Shown: positions 32,331 through 46,715 of the stretch, in pieces
How the letters are laid out: every line of letters starts with the position of its first letter
Position numbering within the stretch: the stretch's first letter is position 1
DNA from: the human T2T-CHM13v2.0 reference genome, Homo sapiens
DNA: 64,000 bases
Strand: one strand, 5' to 3'
Assembly (NCBI RefSeq): GCF_009914755.1
Contig: NC_060942.1
Notes under the pieces: model-generated
Databases searched by the model: none
Told to the model about the DNA's origin: nothing
What the model saw: only the letters and a program-made list of their open reading frames with translations
Program-made: the position numbers and the translations under genes

Positions 32331-35300
32331 TCTTGTCAGGATTGAAAGAGTTGATATATGTAAAGAACATATTGAGTTTCTAACCTGTAATAAATCATCA
32401 ATATATGGCAACTCTTACTACCTCTGAGGATTCCTCCATCTCCAGCCCTGAAATGGTCCTTAACCTTCACTGTGGGGCCAACCCCCATGGCATTGAAAAG
32501 GTTTCCTTCTGTACTCACCAGATGTGTTCTTTCTGATCCCAGATAGAGCTCATGGAAATGTCTTTTGGGCATGCTGTGGTCTACTCTGGATAGATATCAA
32601 AAAAGAAATGCGGAAGGTATGTGTGGACAACTGATATATTCTAGGGAAAGGGGGAAAAAAGGAGCAAAGAAGGGAGAGAGGGCAGATAAGCCTGATCTAA
32701 CTTTGGTTATAAACCCTGGCCAATGTACAATCAAGAAGGAGCACCCGCCAGAAAAGCTGGATGTGGCTGGCAAATGTCCCAAATCATTCTGTAGAATGAG
32801 GGACCACGAGTGGGGAAATGCTTTTTGATGGATGAATTGGATTGTGAATAAAATGCTGCCTTCCAGGCACTAGACTTGGAATTACCCTGATATGTTGGTT
32901 TAATTCAGAACTCAGTGATGCCTGAACATTGACTTTCTAACCTTAATTGTCTTCTGATTTATTAGTAGATCGCTGTGCTTCTTATGTTTCCTTGGTAGAA
33001 GTTACAATCTTGTTTCCCAGAATAATCCCATAGCCTGGGACAGATTTTAGGGATGACAGGCTCAATTCACAGAGGCCAATGTGGCCGATAAACATGGGTG
33101 TTTCTGCAGTTGCTGCCCAGAGTCTGACCCACCTGAGAGGAGAGAACACCTTTCACTTTGCCCTCCAGCCTTTTCATCTCCCCCTTATATCTATTCAGGA
33201 GTGACTGATCTTTGCTTGCTACTGATATAAGGAGAGCTGGTGAATTAGTAAAATCTTTCCCAACTTCCCCAACAGTTTTCATCTATCAGAAAGTTCAGCG
33301 GCATGGTGCATTTTTCAGCTCTGGGGCCTGTGCTCTTTCTATTCTTGAATCTGAGATAACTACACAGCATCATAAAACTTCCCATATTCCGAAAACAGAT
33401 CCATCCTCCCACCTCAGCCAGCCAGGGTTGCAACCAGCCCACAGGCCAACATTAGGTTGGGAAGAGCAAGGAAAAAACATAGCTCCATTATTCCTCAGCT
33501 TGCAAAGGAGACTGACAGTCACAATTGATGACATAAAACACTAGGACAGGCCCATATTTTAAGAGCGTCAATACAGAGTTCACCATCACAGGCCCCGATT
33601 TCCAAGATGCCCCTCACCACATTTATTTCCTGCCATTTTCTTTTTTTTATTCCGACTGCAGAGTGATCAAGGAGAGAAACTGGAAGCTGGGCCCAGGGAT
33701 AAGTTGTCTGCCCGTGCAGGGGGAAACCATAACATTTTACATGATATCTTGTAGTGATATTAATCACAAAGCCCAAATAAACTGAAGCCCAAATGAGTGA
33801 GCAATAGGAATCTAATCCTGATAGTATTATACTACCTGGTATTAACTTATACTCACCTGCTTTATCTGCCATGATTCTTATGATATCTGCCTCTGCCCAA
33901 GGTGGACTGGGTTAAATGTGATTAGCTCCATTTAACAGATTTAACAGATGAGAAGACAATATTTCAAATGAGGGCTCTTACTGAATGTCAAAATGGAAGC
34001 TTGCATTACTGTCATTCTTAACAAAGTCAGCAACACCAACCATAGTGAGTCTTTTATAGATGGACATAGAGATGTATGTTTCCCAAGCCCTGTTCTGTTT
34101 CCTGCACTGCAGACATGGGGTGGCTGCCCATGATGGCCTGCAGTGAGTTAGAGCTATTGGCTCAGTTTTAAAAGCTACAGGACGTGATGCCATTTTACAT
34201 TGAAAAAAAATATTTAATGATCCCGGATGTCTTAAAGATTGTGCAGACACAATTATCCCAATTTTAAGATGAGGATATTGAGCCTCAAGAATTGAATAAA
34301 TTGTCTAAAATCATGTGTCTCACAAGGGGCTGACCCAGAATTCGAACTCAAATCTGGCTGACTTCAGAGTTGGTGCTTTTTCTCCTCTACCAAGCTGCTG
34401 ATTTAAACAACTCACTTATTTTACAGAGGTTGAGTAGGAGACCTCTGAGAGCCCAGGGAGGCTTTTCCTCTCCTGTCTGGTGACTGCTACCACAACACCA
34501 TGAGAGGACTTCTACGGGCTTTTTGGCCATTAGGGGCCCAACCCACCGAATCTGCATTTGCTTCCCTTTGCAATCTGAGAGGTCAACTCCAGTATGTTTA
34601 AAAGTTTTGTGCTTTAAAACTGTATTCCTGGAAGCAGTCTGTTTTAACTTTGCCCCTAAGCCTTTCATATTTGCCTGGCCCTTTGTTCTAGGATAATTTC
34701 AAAGGAGCTGCCTTACTGTAATGAAATTCAGTGTACTACTGGCTGTATCCATATAACATTTCGTTCAGTTCGATGCTCAATCCACAATCTTGAAATAAAA
34801 TAGTAGTCAATGAAATTTTCTGTATAGTATTATCCTCCATAAGTTCAAAGATAATTTAGTAAAGCTTGGCTCATGAAAGTGATCACAAAGCTGTATGATT
34901 CTACTGGGATACAGGGGTAATGTATTTGTGTGTTGAATGAATCTGAAATTTTGAGTCATTGATTGAGCTGGTCATTTTGATTTAAGAATTTGAGAAGAAA
35001 GTATTCCAGAACTAAGTGCTAACCAATGGTCCACACTGATATAAAAATCACAAATAACTCTTACATATGGAGGCTCTCAGAGAAACGAAATATGGTCAAG
35101 GCTCAAGAAAACTCACTCTATGCAATTGAATATTCCTTATTTTTTCTTAACACCATCTATTGCACATATTGGCTCACAGAGCAGAAACATGTGACTGTCT
35201 TGGTTCTTCATTCATGTTCCTCATTTAATACATTTACAAAAAGCAGTTCCTTCTTAATAACTAAGTTCATGTGTTTGAAAACCCATGTGGATGTAAATTT

Positions 35301-36321
35301 GGAGGTATGGAAATTTTGGAGTCAACTCAGCAAATGTTGATCCAGTGTCACTGTGTGCCCAGACTGTCTGAATGTCGTGGTTAGAGCAGTGACCACGAGA
35401 AGTGATGCTTTGTTCTCTATTCTTGTTTCTGTGGAACCGGACAATAAGCAAAGCCAGGAGCCTATAATATGATCTCAGATATTGATAAGTACTGAGTATA
35501 GAATGAAGCAGATTGAGAAGATGTAGAGTGATTGGGTGAGCTGGGAATATTTTGATAGTGGTGTCAGGACATGTATTTTATAAATTGATTGCTGAAATAA
35601 GACTAGAAATAGCTAGTTTGCACAGTAAACTGTTTTTAGGGCTCAGCATTATTTGATTACAACTTGCGTCTTGTCACAAACCATGGTTTAGTAGGGTTGG
35701 AAATGAGGAAATTTTACTACAATATGTATTATAAGAGCCAATTTCATAGATCATAGAATCTCAAAGTTAGAGGAAAGCTTAGAGGTCATCCAGCCCCAAG
35801 TAGTTTCTCTGATTCGCACATTCTTCTGCTTTAAAAAAAAAAAAAATCTAGTCTCTAGAAACTCATTACTTTATAATACAACCAAGTTCAGTTCTGAATA
35901 GCCCCGACCTCCCGTGCCTCTCCCGTCTCTTACAAACGGAAACTTTGTCAGAGGAGGGAGAGGCAGGGAGGTTGAGGAGCCTTGAAAGGCTTTTTCCTTT
36001 TTCTCAAGCACTGGGGCTGCTCACCTTCACTGAAGGCACAGAAGGTGCAGGCCTCCAGCAGGAAGACAAGAGCCCATCCCTGCTGCCAGTTTCAGAAACA
36101 GTTTCCACAGCTCTAGGTTAAGGTTATGGTCATGTGTAGCAGGGTAAGAGGTTGCAAAGCATGGTCCTAGGGAAGCAGTAGGAGCCCAGGTTTGAAAGCA
36201 AGAAATATGGGTCTTCTAGACCTAGCTCTCATGGACAGGCTGTTGGTTTTGGCCTTCGCAGATCAGTACTTCTGCCTGGGCCTCAGTTTATGCATCTGTA
36301 AAAAGAAAGAATTGCATTAAA

Positions 36322-36492
36322 TCAGTGGTTCCCAAAGTTAAAGTGGTCCCCAGACCAATAGCATCTGCCTCATTTGAGAACTTGTTTGAAATGCAAATTC
36401 TCAGGCCTTATCTCAGACCTATTAAATGAGAACCTCTGAAGCAGGAGAACAATAATCTATTAAAAACCGATGCACCCTTAAGTTTGAGAAAC
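36322..36492. mobile_element. MER5A (hAT-Charlie) nested in a MIR
   Basis: cagtggttcccaaagt...aaatgcaaattctcaggcc...aagtttgagaaac termini. Confidence 0.75.
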
Positions 36493-39269
36493 ATAATTCT
36501 GCGTGATCTTCAAGGCCCTCAATTCCAGCCGTAACATCCTGTGAATCCCTGAGGCAGAGGCCCAAAACTGCAGCCAGCTCACTTGCCCCGACTCTCACCG
36601 TAATCTCTCAGGTTCCAGCAGTTTCTTTCTGTCTCTCCTTGGATCCCTGAGCCAAGCTACAGAGCCAGTTGGCTTCAGGAGGTGACTCTAACTCCCAGAA
36701 CATGTACCTCCCTTAAAAAATCTATATCCAGTCTTACACGGAATCAATGCTTACAGTCACCTTGTATCTAAGCAAACTGAATAAAGCTGGAAGCACCAGC
36801 AAACCTGCTTATTTATTTCATGACAAGGGAAACAACTTTCAGTTCTGTGGGACTTGACACCTTTGTCAATAAAATCTGCAGATTGCACAATATAGAGTTG
36901 TTTTAGAATTCATCTTTCTGACAATAACAGGACTTTGCAAGAGAAGAGCATCCAGGGGTTATTATGGCAGCCACATCTTTGCCCTGAGACTACTGGCTGC
37001 CTTGCCCACATTTACCTTTTACATCAGAACCACTCAGTGAATCTACATCGGCATAGAGAAGAATAAGGGAAGAATTTTAAAGCATGTGCCCCCTTTTGGT
37101 TGCTTCTTTTTCCCCCGCTTTTTCGTATGTCTAAAGAAGGCAACCAGATTTGATTTTTTTTAAGAAGCCCTTAGTTTTAATAGCTGATTAGCCTACAATA
37201 AGGTCGAACTTGTGTTTTGTTTCTAATTAGCAGTAAAAACAACAGGGTATTAACGTTTGCAGTTGCTTCACTGTAGCATCTTTCCAAGATTTTCTATTCA
37301 CGCTGTTCAAAAGTGCCATATACATTGGAAATGTGCATTTATATTCAGAGCAAGCTTATTGTAGGAAGCATAAAAAAACACCCCATAAAGCGAAAGTTTG
37401 GGGAAGGTGGGGTGGAGTTGAAGGTAGTAAAAGCCTCTCAATTGCTTGATTGTGTGAACTGAAGTTGCTGTAGAGTAAGTCACCATTTGTGGTTTCACAG
37501 CTCTGGAATAAATGACACTTCCAATAACATTATCCTATACAGGTGTAAAATATACAGATTGGGTGAGGAAAATGGTAGCATCATTGAAATGCGCACAAGC
37601 AAAAAGCCTGGGAAGCAAGCATATGGCAGAGTGCCGGGCTGGGGAGGCAGGGGCCGCCGGCTGGAAGATCCACACACCTTGGCTTCCTGGAGCAGTCGCC
37701 TCAGGGGGCCAGAGCCAGAGCTCCATGCTTCCACATCTAATTTGGATGATTCTGTGATTATTATATCATTTAGGGTATTCCCTGCCTAAACTCTTTTTAA
37801 ATTTATGGCTCTGGTTCGACTTGCATTTTTTTCCCTCCTCTTCTGAGTTTGTCATGAGTTGTTGAAAAGCATATTCAATCAAGCAAGAGCATAGCTTTTT
37901 GAGTTTATCCATACAAGTAAAATAACAGATTTAGTGAGTGATAAGCGAAGTAGTCATCAACATAGATAAATATAGAGACTGAAAGCTCTATCATTTATGT
38001 ATTTCTTCTGCAGCAGAATATATGATGCTTCCTCTTATTTTATTTCTGTTCCCAGTGGGTCATATAATTTCTGCTGGTTTATGAAGGCTAATCTTAAAAC
38101 CCTTTTTGACTTCTACATTTAAAGGCTTGGAAGTGAGTATGACATCATGGGGGACACTCCAAGCTTTAGTGAGGAGTCATGGGTTTCAGTACTAGTTTGC
38201 TCTGCTAAACCCAGTCCCTGGCCTGAGGGCAGCCGTGTTTCTATGCTGATTTTATAGATGGTGACACCAAGGCCTAGAACAATTAAGGGACTTTACAAGG
38301 TCATGGGATGCTTAACTTCAGCCCTGACTATAACTGCAATTATGGTATGTGGGCCCCCTGAGAAGTCACTGAAAACCCCTGTCTAATATTTCCTGTGGAC
38401 CCTCAACCTCCAGACCACCAGGCCTTGTAGGTAACTTATTCAGTGGAAGCCAGGCCAATTGAGTAAATCATGATTATGAACATTGAAAAATGAGAGGAGA
38501 GAGAACATGAACAGAAGCATTTTAGTTTATAGAATCATAGAGTTGGAGGCATTTCTTCAAGCAGACAGATTTTGTGCGTATCAAAACGTGATTGGGGAAA
38601 AACAGGTACACGTAGCCTCCTTCAGATGCATTTTCTGTTATGGTCAAGTTCATTCCAATAATAATTAATTTGAGGGCTTGTGAAATGTTAGGTGCTATTC
38701 TAAGTGTTTCGTATGCATAACTTTATTTTTCCACCAACCAGCTCTAAGAACTAGGGACACTCTTACCCCCATTATACAAATCAGGGACATGAGGCATGGA
38801 GTGAAGAAGTAGATTTCCAAGGTCATAGAGCCCACATGGAGTAGAGCCAAGATTTGCCCCAAGCCCAATTCCAGAGCCCATACTCCTAACCACTGTCCCA
38901 TTGCCCTTCTTGTAGGAGCAGATTTTCAAGTCTCATTTTCAGTCCCTCCTGCTGCAGCAGCAGGCCTTATTTTTCTTGCTGAGTAACACCAGAAATGGTA
39001 ATCAGCTCATGCCAGCTGAGTGCTTTCTTCTAGGCTTGGCAACAGCCATGAGCCCATCACCTGGTTAAATAACCCCCTGCTTGCCACTCCATTCCTTTGG
39101 TCTGTGATGGTATGGAACTTTGGGAAGAACCCAGAGACTAAATATCTGTTTGCTGTCTGTCATTGAACAAGTGACTCACCTTTTCTCAACTTCAATTTTG
39201 CATTTGTCAAAAGATTGTTGTTCCTGACCTGGCCATCTTAGAAAAGGTACAGAATCAAAATACCATATA

Positions 39270-39564
39270 GGCCAGGTGCAGTGGCTCATGCCTGTAATCC
39301 CAGCACTTTGGGAGGCTGAGGCAGGTGGATCACAGGTCAGGAGTTCGAGACCACCCCGGCTAACATGGTGAATGAAACCCCGTCTCTACTAAAAATACAA
39401 AAATTAGCCGGGCGTGGTTGCATGAGCCTGTAATCCCAGCTAGTCAGGAGGCTGAGGCAGGAGAATTGCTTGCACCTGGGAGGCAGAGGTTGCAGTGAGC
39501 TGAGGTTGCACTCTAGCCTGGGAGACAGAGCAAGACTCCGTCTTGGGAAAAACAAAAACAAAAA
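39270..39564 (+). mobile_element. AluS (Sg-like), sense
   Basis: Alu dimer; similar flanks aaaataccatata / aaaaaccatgta. Confidence 0.92.
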
Positions 39565-39572
39565 CCATGTAT

Positions 39573-39930
39573 CAGTGGTCCTCAACTTTTTTAGTGCTAG
39601 GGACTGGTTTTGTGGAAGACAATTTCTTCACAGACAGGCAGGGCAGGGGAGTGGGGTGCGGAGAAGGGAGGATAATTTCAGGAAGAAACTGTTCCACCTC
39701 AGATCATCAGACATTAGATTCTGATTAGGAATATGCAAGCTAGATCCCTCACATGTGCAGTTCACAATAGGGTTCAGGCTCCTATGAGAATCTAATGCTG
39801 CTGTTGATCTGACAGGAGGCGGAGCTCAGGCGGTAATGCTCACTCCTCCTGCACCTGCCGCTTAACTCTTGCTGTCCAGCCCAGGTCCTAACAGCATACC
39901 AGTCCATGGCCTTGGGTTTGGGGACCCCTG
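39573..39930 (+). mobile_element. MER1B (hAT-Charlie MITE)
   Basis: TIR-like ends cagtggtcctcaac / gtttggggacccctg; 8-bp TSD ccatgtat / ccatatat; internal gagaatctaatgctgc. Confidence 0.85.
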
Positions 39931-40155
39931 CCATATATGCTATAACTACAGAATGATGTACAATGATGAAGTGATGTTGGCATTATTATTATATGTCATC
40001 AGGATGTGGTGTGGATTAAATGAGGTCACACCTCTAAAGCATTTTTCTGTCATGTTGCCTGACATGTAAGAGGCACTATGAGTTGGTTGGTTATCATGTT
40101 ACTAATTATTATCATTGCTAATGTACCTTGCAGTGATTTAAAGTTTACATGCTTA

Positions 40156-40613
<458 letters not shown>

Positions 40614-41434
40614 GTTTACTTGCTTAATTTGCCAGAAATGGGCAGTGCCTCAGAGCTAAGCAGTAGGTACTATTGTTTCCATTTTCAGATAACTTGTAAC
40701 TTGTTCAGAGTCTAGTTTTGTTCAGATTTTATTTCTCTGGAGCTATGCTATTCCTCTGTCTCTGTCTTAAGTGGCCCAGACAACTGTACATGTGATAATA
40801 TAATAGTAATAATAATTCTGGCTTGGGCTTAATACACTTATTAATGTTGAAGTATTTTAAGCTGTGGAATCAACCAAGGAGCACAGTCTTATTTATTTCA
40901 TATGAATCTCACGCAAGGGCACAGTTACTTGAGTAATGATTCTTTTTCTTCTTTTAAATGTTCTTAACTTAAATCTACAGTACAACTGTTTAGTTTTTAC
41001 AGTGTCTAGGTACCAGTCTATCAATTTGTCAGTAATCACTCTGTAATCCACCATTTAGTATCTGCAGGATTACTTGTAATCTGCTTTTAGGGCTATGAAT
41101 TCTCCATTGTTCATTTTCACTGTTCAACCTTTAGCCAGCTACATTGCCAAAAGTACCATGATTTCCTCACAGATTTACAATGAAGGGCACAGAGATCCTG
41201 CAGGGGAAGCTAATGTAAGACTTTTTGATTTAGAAACAATATTTGGAGCCAAGAACCAGAGTACTCAATACTCCACTAGAGTCTTGTTCCCAGAGGGAAA
41301 GAGCAACCAATTTATAGATTTTTAGTTTTAAAGTGAGTTAGAAAAATATACATTATGACAGAGAGTAGCTAAGGAACAACTACAAAATGATGTTGCTTCT
41401 TCTGGTGTGCGTAACCAGACCTCTCCATCCCAGT

Positions 41435-42598
41435 GCGAACATCATGGTGTACTTAGTCAAACCTCGATAGGATAGCCTGCTACACACCTAAGCTATATGG
41501 TGTAGCCTTTTGCTCCTAGGATACAAACCTGCCCAGCATGTTAGAGTACTGAATACTGTAGATAACTGTAACACAATGGTAAGCATTTGAGTATCTAAAC
41601 ATAGAAAAGGTACAGCAAAAATACGGTGTCAAGGATAAATAATGGTATGCCTCTCTAGCGCACTTATTGTGAACGGAGATTATAGGACTGGAAGTTGCTC
41701 TGAGTGAGTCAGTGAGTGAGTGGTGAGTGATTGTGAAGGCCTAGGACATTACCATATACTATTATAGATTTTATAAATGCTCTACACTAAATGTATAAAA
41801 AAATTTCTTTCTTCATTAATAAATGAAATGTGGCTTACTGTGACTTTTTACTTTATAAGGTTAAGTTGTTTTTAACTTTTTCACTTTTGTAATACTTATA
41901 TTAAAACACATTCTACAGTTGTGCAAAATATTTCTTATATTCTTATTCTATAAGCCTTTTCTTATTTTGATTTTTTTTTTTTTACTTTTAAACTTTTTGG
42001 TTAAAAACTGAGGCACAAACAGATACATTCACCTAGGCCTACATAGCATCAAGATCATCAATATCACCAACTTCCACCTCCATAGCTTGTCCCACTGGAA
42101 GGTCTTCAGGGGCAATAACACGTATGGTACTGTCATCTCCTATAATAACAATGCCTTGCTTATTCTGGAATGCCTCCTAAAGGACCTGCCTGAGGCTGTT
42201 AACTTTTTTTTATAAGTAGAAGGAGTGTACTCTAAAATAACAATAGATAGTATAGTATAGTATAGTATAGTATAGTATAGTATAGTATAGTATAGTATTG
42301 TATTGTATTGTAACTAAAACCAGTAACATAGTCGTTTATTATCATTATTAAGTATTATGTACCGTACCTAGTCCTATGTGCTAACTTACACATGACTAGC
42401 AGTGCAACAAATCTGTTTATACCACCATCACCACAAACACTTGCATAAAGCATTGTGTAATAGCCTCTATGATATTGTAGTGGCTTACAACATCACCAGG
42501 CATTTTAGGAGTTTTTCAGTTTCACTACAATTTTATGGGACCACTAACATATATGTGGTCCGTCACTGACCAAAACAATGTTATGCCATGTATGACTG
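41435..42598 (+). mobile_element. Tigger3/Golem-family DNA transposon derivative (Tigger3b-like)
   Basis: gtgcgaacatcat...tacacacctaagctatatgg...ggaagttgctctgagtgagtcagtgagtgag; ends atgactg followed by TA. Confidence 0.8.
42243..42311. repeat. (TATAG)n/(TATTG)n pentanucleotide repeat inside the Tigger element
   Basis: About 10 TATAG units followed by 3 TATTG units. Confidence 0.95.
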
Positions 42599-44983
42599 TA
42601 TTTAAAGCTCCTTCTCCAGAAGAGCCCCCAGAGTTTTCCTGCTGACCACTCTCTAGTCACACATGTTTGAGACAGACAGCAATAAGATAGCATAAAACAC
42701 AGAGACTCATGAAGTCAGTGGTACGCAAACCCCCAATTAGGATTATTGCCTGTCCATCAATAACAATCACTAGACAATGCAGATTCTGGTTCAGCTGCCT
42801 CTGCTCAAAATGCTTTGGAGCTCTCTTGGAAATTCTTTCAAGCCCTGCCACATTCTTCTAAATATCTGAAATGTCTTTGCCTTTGAAAGGAAGATGTGAT
42901 TTATGGAAACAGCCAAATCACTTGGAGCCAAGTCTGGCCGGGAGGTCAAGATGGGTAATGTTAGTTTAGAATTACCCATTTTAGATAGGAGCGCTGTCAG
43001 AGGTTTCTCAGCAATGATTGGTTTGGTTCTCCGTGAAGATAAAGCAGTTTATTATCTTTAAGCTTGCTGTGGAAAAATACACATAATTAAAACAAATTTA
43101 ATATTGATAATAATCCTAGTCTCTCACCCTGTTTACTATTATGTTGTAGCACAGCAGCATGTGCCTGTATGTATGAGAGTGTGGCCATGTGTGTTTGATT
43201 ATATGTAAATAGATCAATCTACAGTTAGATAGACAGACATATATAGATACAGCTATATATACTGTTTCTCATGAGATATTTTTTCATTCCCTTTTCCCAG
43301 GCATAGTTTCCAGAATTCTCCTATAAATGTGAACCTGTTTAATTGTTGATATTCTCCTAAGATAAGCAATTCTTAACCTTTTTTTAAAAGGTTACAGCTA
43401 CATAGTTCTTTTAGAATCTGCTGAAAAGTATGCACCCTTTTGTAGAAAAAATAGAAATATATACACATTCATACGATTTGGAAAAGAAGGGACACAAATA
43501 TCATGTTTAAAACTTTCGACCTAGGATTTGAAAAGCGGCATAAAATTCACATCATAGGATATATTTACAAAACTAAGCTAAAAATGACTTTTCAGTAGAC
43601 ACTGTACATTATTATATAGCATCTCTAGTTAATTAGTTGAATTTCAGGTTGCCTGAATAAGGCTAAGAACAAATAAGTGATGATAATGGAGAAGGAGAAA
43701 AGTCAGTGGGTCATTGTGTATTGACGTTGGGATTAAAATAATATAAAAGGTTTCTGTTTACAAGATACAGCAGGCAAGAAATACTTCAAAACCTTTCTGA
43801 TATAAAATGTTTAAAAGCTGAATGAGGTGTAAGATATCTGTTTACACGTATTTTCAGGTTAGAAATGTGGGTACAGGTTCTGAGATGCTAAAATTGACAA
43901 GAAACCTCTAATACAAAGAGGTAGCTAGCCTTAAAGTTGATGGGCTTTTTCTGCAGCTATCTGCCTATTTCTGGATGTTCAGACTGTTTGGTTTATTTGG
44001 TTGCTTATAGGGAAGAGAAAACAAATGTAATTCCCATGGAATCTAGGATGTATGACCAAAAATTCCTTTCAAAGAGTGTATTTTATAAGGCAAAACCCTC
44101 AGTAAAAGACTGAAATAGCATATAGCCCATCATAGTCTTCACTATAGTTGCAGGGGCCAGTAACCTCTGAGAAATCTTAATCTCAAGACAGTTCTCATAT
44201 GAATAGGGGGTCAGGGGAGCAGGGTCAAAATAGGTACTTGCTTTGTGACTACAAATGACCAAATGAAAATTTTAGTTTAAAATTCTCCTGGTTTGGTGGA
44301 ACCCTTAGGCACCTAACAAGTGGAAGTGCATATTATCTCTGGAAAAATGCACTTAGTAACCATGACTCAAATAGTTCTCATAGAAGAAATGCCAAAAACA
44401 TAAATCATGATAAAATATGATAATGCAAAATACATGAGGAAACAAGTTTTTATAAGACTCAGCAGAAGCAACAAGGAGTAAAATTAGACCCACTATATCT
44501 GGAAAAATATGAATCCCCTCAACTACAAGATAAGTAAGCTCAATATGTTTTAAAAAGTAAAGAAGAACATCAAAAGAATAAGTACAACAGATTATGAAAT
44601 ATGGCAAGGTAGATTTGAAAACTGCCCAAATAGAAAGTCTAAAAATGAAATACATAATAATTTAAATTAGAAACACAATGATGGATGATGTAGCAAATTA
44701 GGAATAGCTAAAGAGAGATTTGCTGAACTGGAAGATAGATCCAAAGAAATTATATGTAATATAGACAGAAAACAGTAGAAACAAAGGTTAAGAGAATCAT
44801 AAGTTAAAAAACAGATTTTTCATACATTTTATTGACGCTCCAGAAAAGAGATAGTAAAAGGAATAGAGTGAAAAGGATATTTGAATATGTAATCCTTAAG
44901 AATTTCTAGAATTGATGAAAGCCATCAATCCTCAGAAGCTGAAAGCCCAAGAAATTCCAAACAGGATTAAAAAAAAATTATCT

Positions 44984-45276
<293 letters not shown>

Positions 45277-45656
45277 TCAAACAAAAGCCAGGAGGAAAAG
45301 ATAGATAACCATCAAAACAAACAATCATTAGGTTTTTAGCCAACATCTCAACAGTAACAATGAAATCTAGTATATGGTTAAAAACTATCTTCAAAGTATA
45401 TAAAGAAAAATAACTTGTGAAGCCAGAGAAACATCCAGAGCAATATCATCTTTCAAACGCAAGAATAATGTTTTAAGTCTAACAAAACTGAGAGTATTTT
45501 CTACCAAAAGACTCCACCTAAAGAGAGTTTTCCCAAGCGTATACTGCAGAAAGACAAAATATTTTCGAGAAAGAAGGTTGGAGATGTGAGAAGGTATAGT
45601 GAACAAAAATAATAGAAAAAAATGTGGATAAACTTATATTTAAATATTTGAACATT

Positions 45657-45985
45657 GGCCAGGGGCAGGAGCTCATGCCTGAAATCCCAGCACTTTAGGA
45701 TGGCAAGGTGGGAGAATCAGTTGAGGCCAGGAGTTTAAGACCAGCCTGGGCAACGTAATCAGACCCTGTCTTTACAAAAATAAAAGATTAGCTAGGCATG
45801 GTTGTGCATGCCTGTAGTCCCAGCTACTCAGGAGGCTGAGGTGGTAGGATTGCTGGAGCTCAGAATTTCAAGGTTGCAGTGAGTTATAATCATGTCACTG
45901 CACTCCTGCCTGGGCAACAGAGAAAGACCTTGTCTCAAAAAACAAACAAACAAACAAACAAAAAACAAACAAACCAAAAAAAAAC
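45657..45985 (+). mobile_element. AluJ, sense
   Basis: gaggccaggagtttaagacc J-type motif; (AAAC)n tail. Confidence 0.88.
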
Positions 45986-46308
45986 GTACACACACACACA
46001 GACCCCCCCACACACACGTTGGCTCTACAAAACAAAACACTAAAAATAATGTTCAATTTGTAATACTAGGAATAGCATAGAAGTACTAAATAATAATGTA
46101 AATAGGAGTAATCAGGTTAAAATATTCAAAAGTTGCCTTATTGTTTTAGAAAAGTGTAAAGGTATTAACTTTCCATGTTGTTACATTAAATTTGGGTTCT
46201 ATAATATCTAAGTTAGCCACTAAACAGATAGAACTAAAGGTATAACTTACAAACCATCAGAGAGAGAGAAAAAAAAAAAAAAAAAAAAGAAACCAAAAAA
46301 GAAGAAAC

Positions 46309-46715
<407 letters not shown>

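Noticed and set aside
42243-42311. CRISPR-like or satellite array
   Set aside because: Simple pentanucleotide microsatellite with no spacers, in a eukaryotic intron
42770-42960. Possible mariner-type (MARNA-like) relic
   Set aside because: Resemblance too degraded to call without a Dfam search
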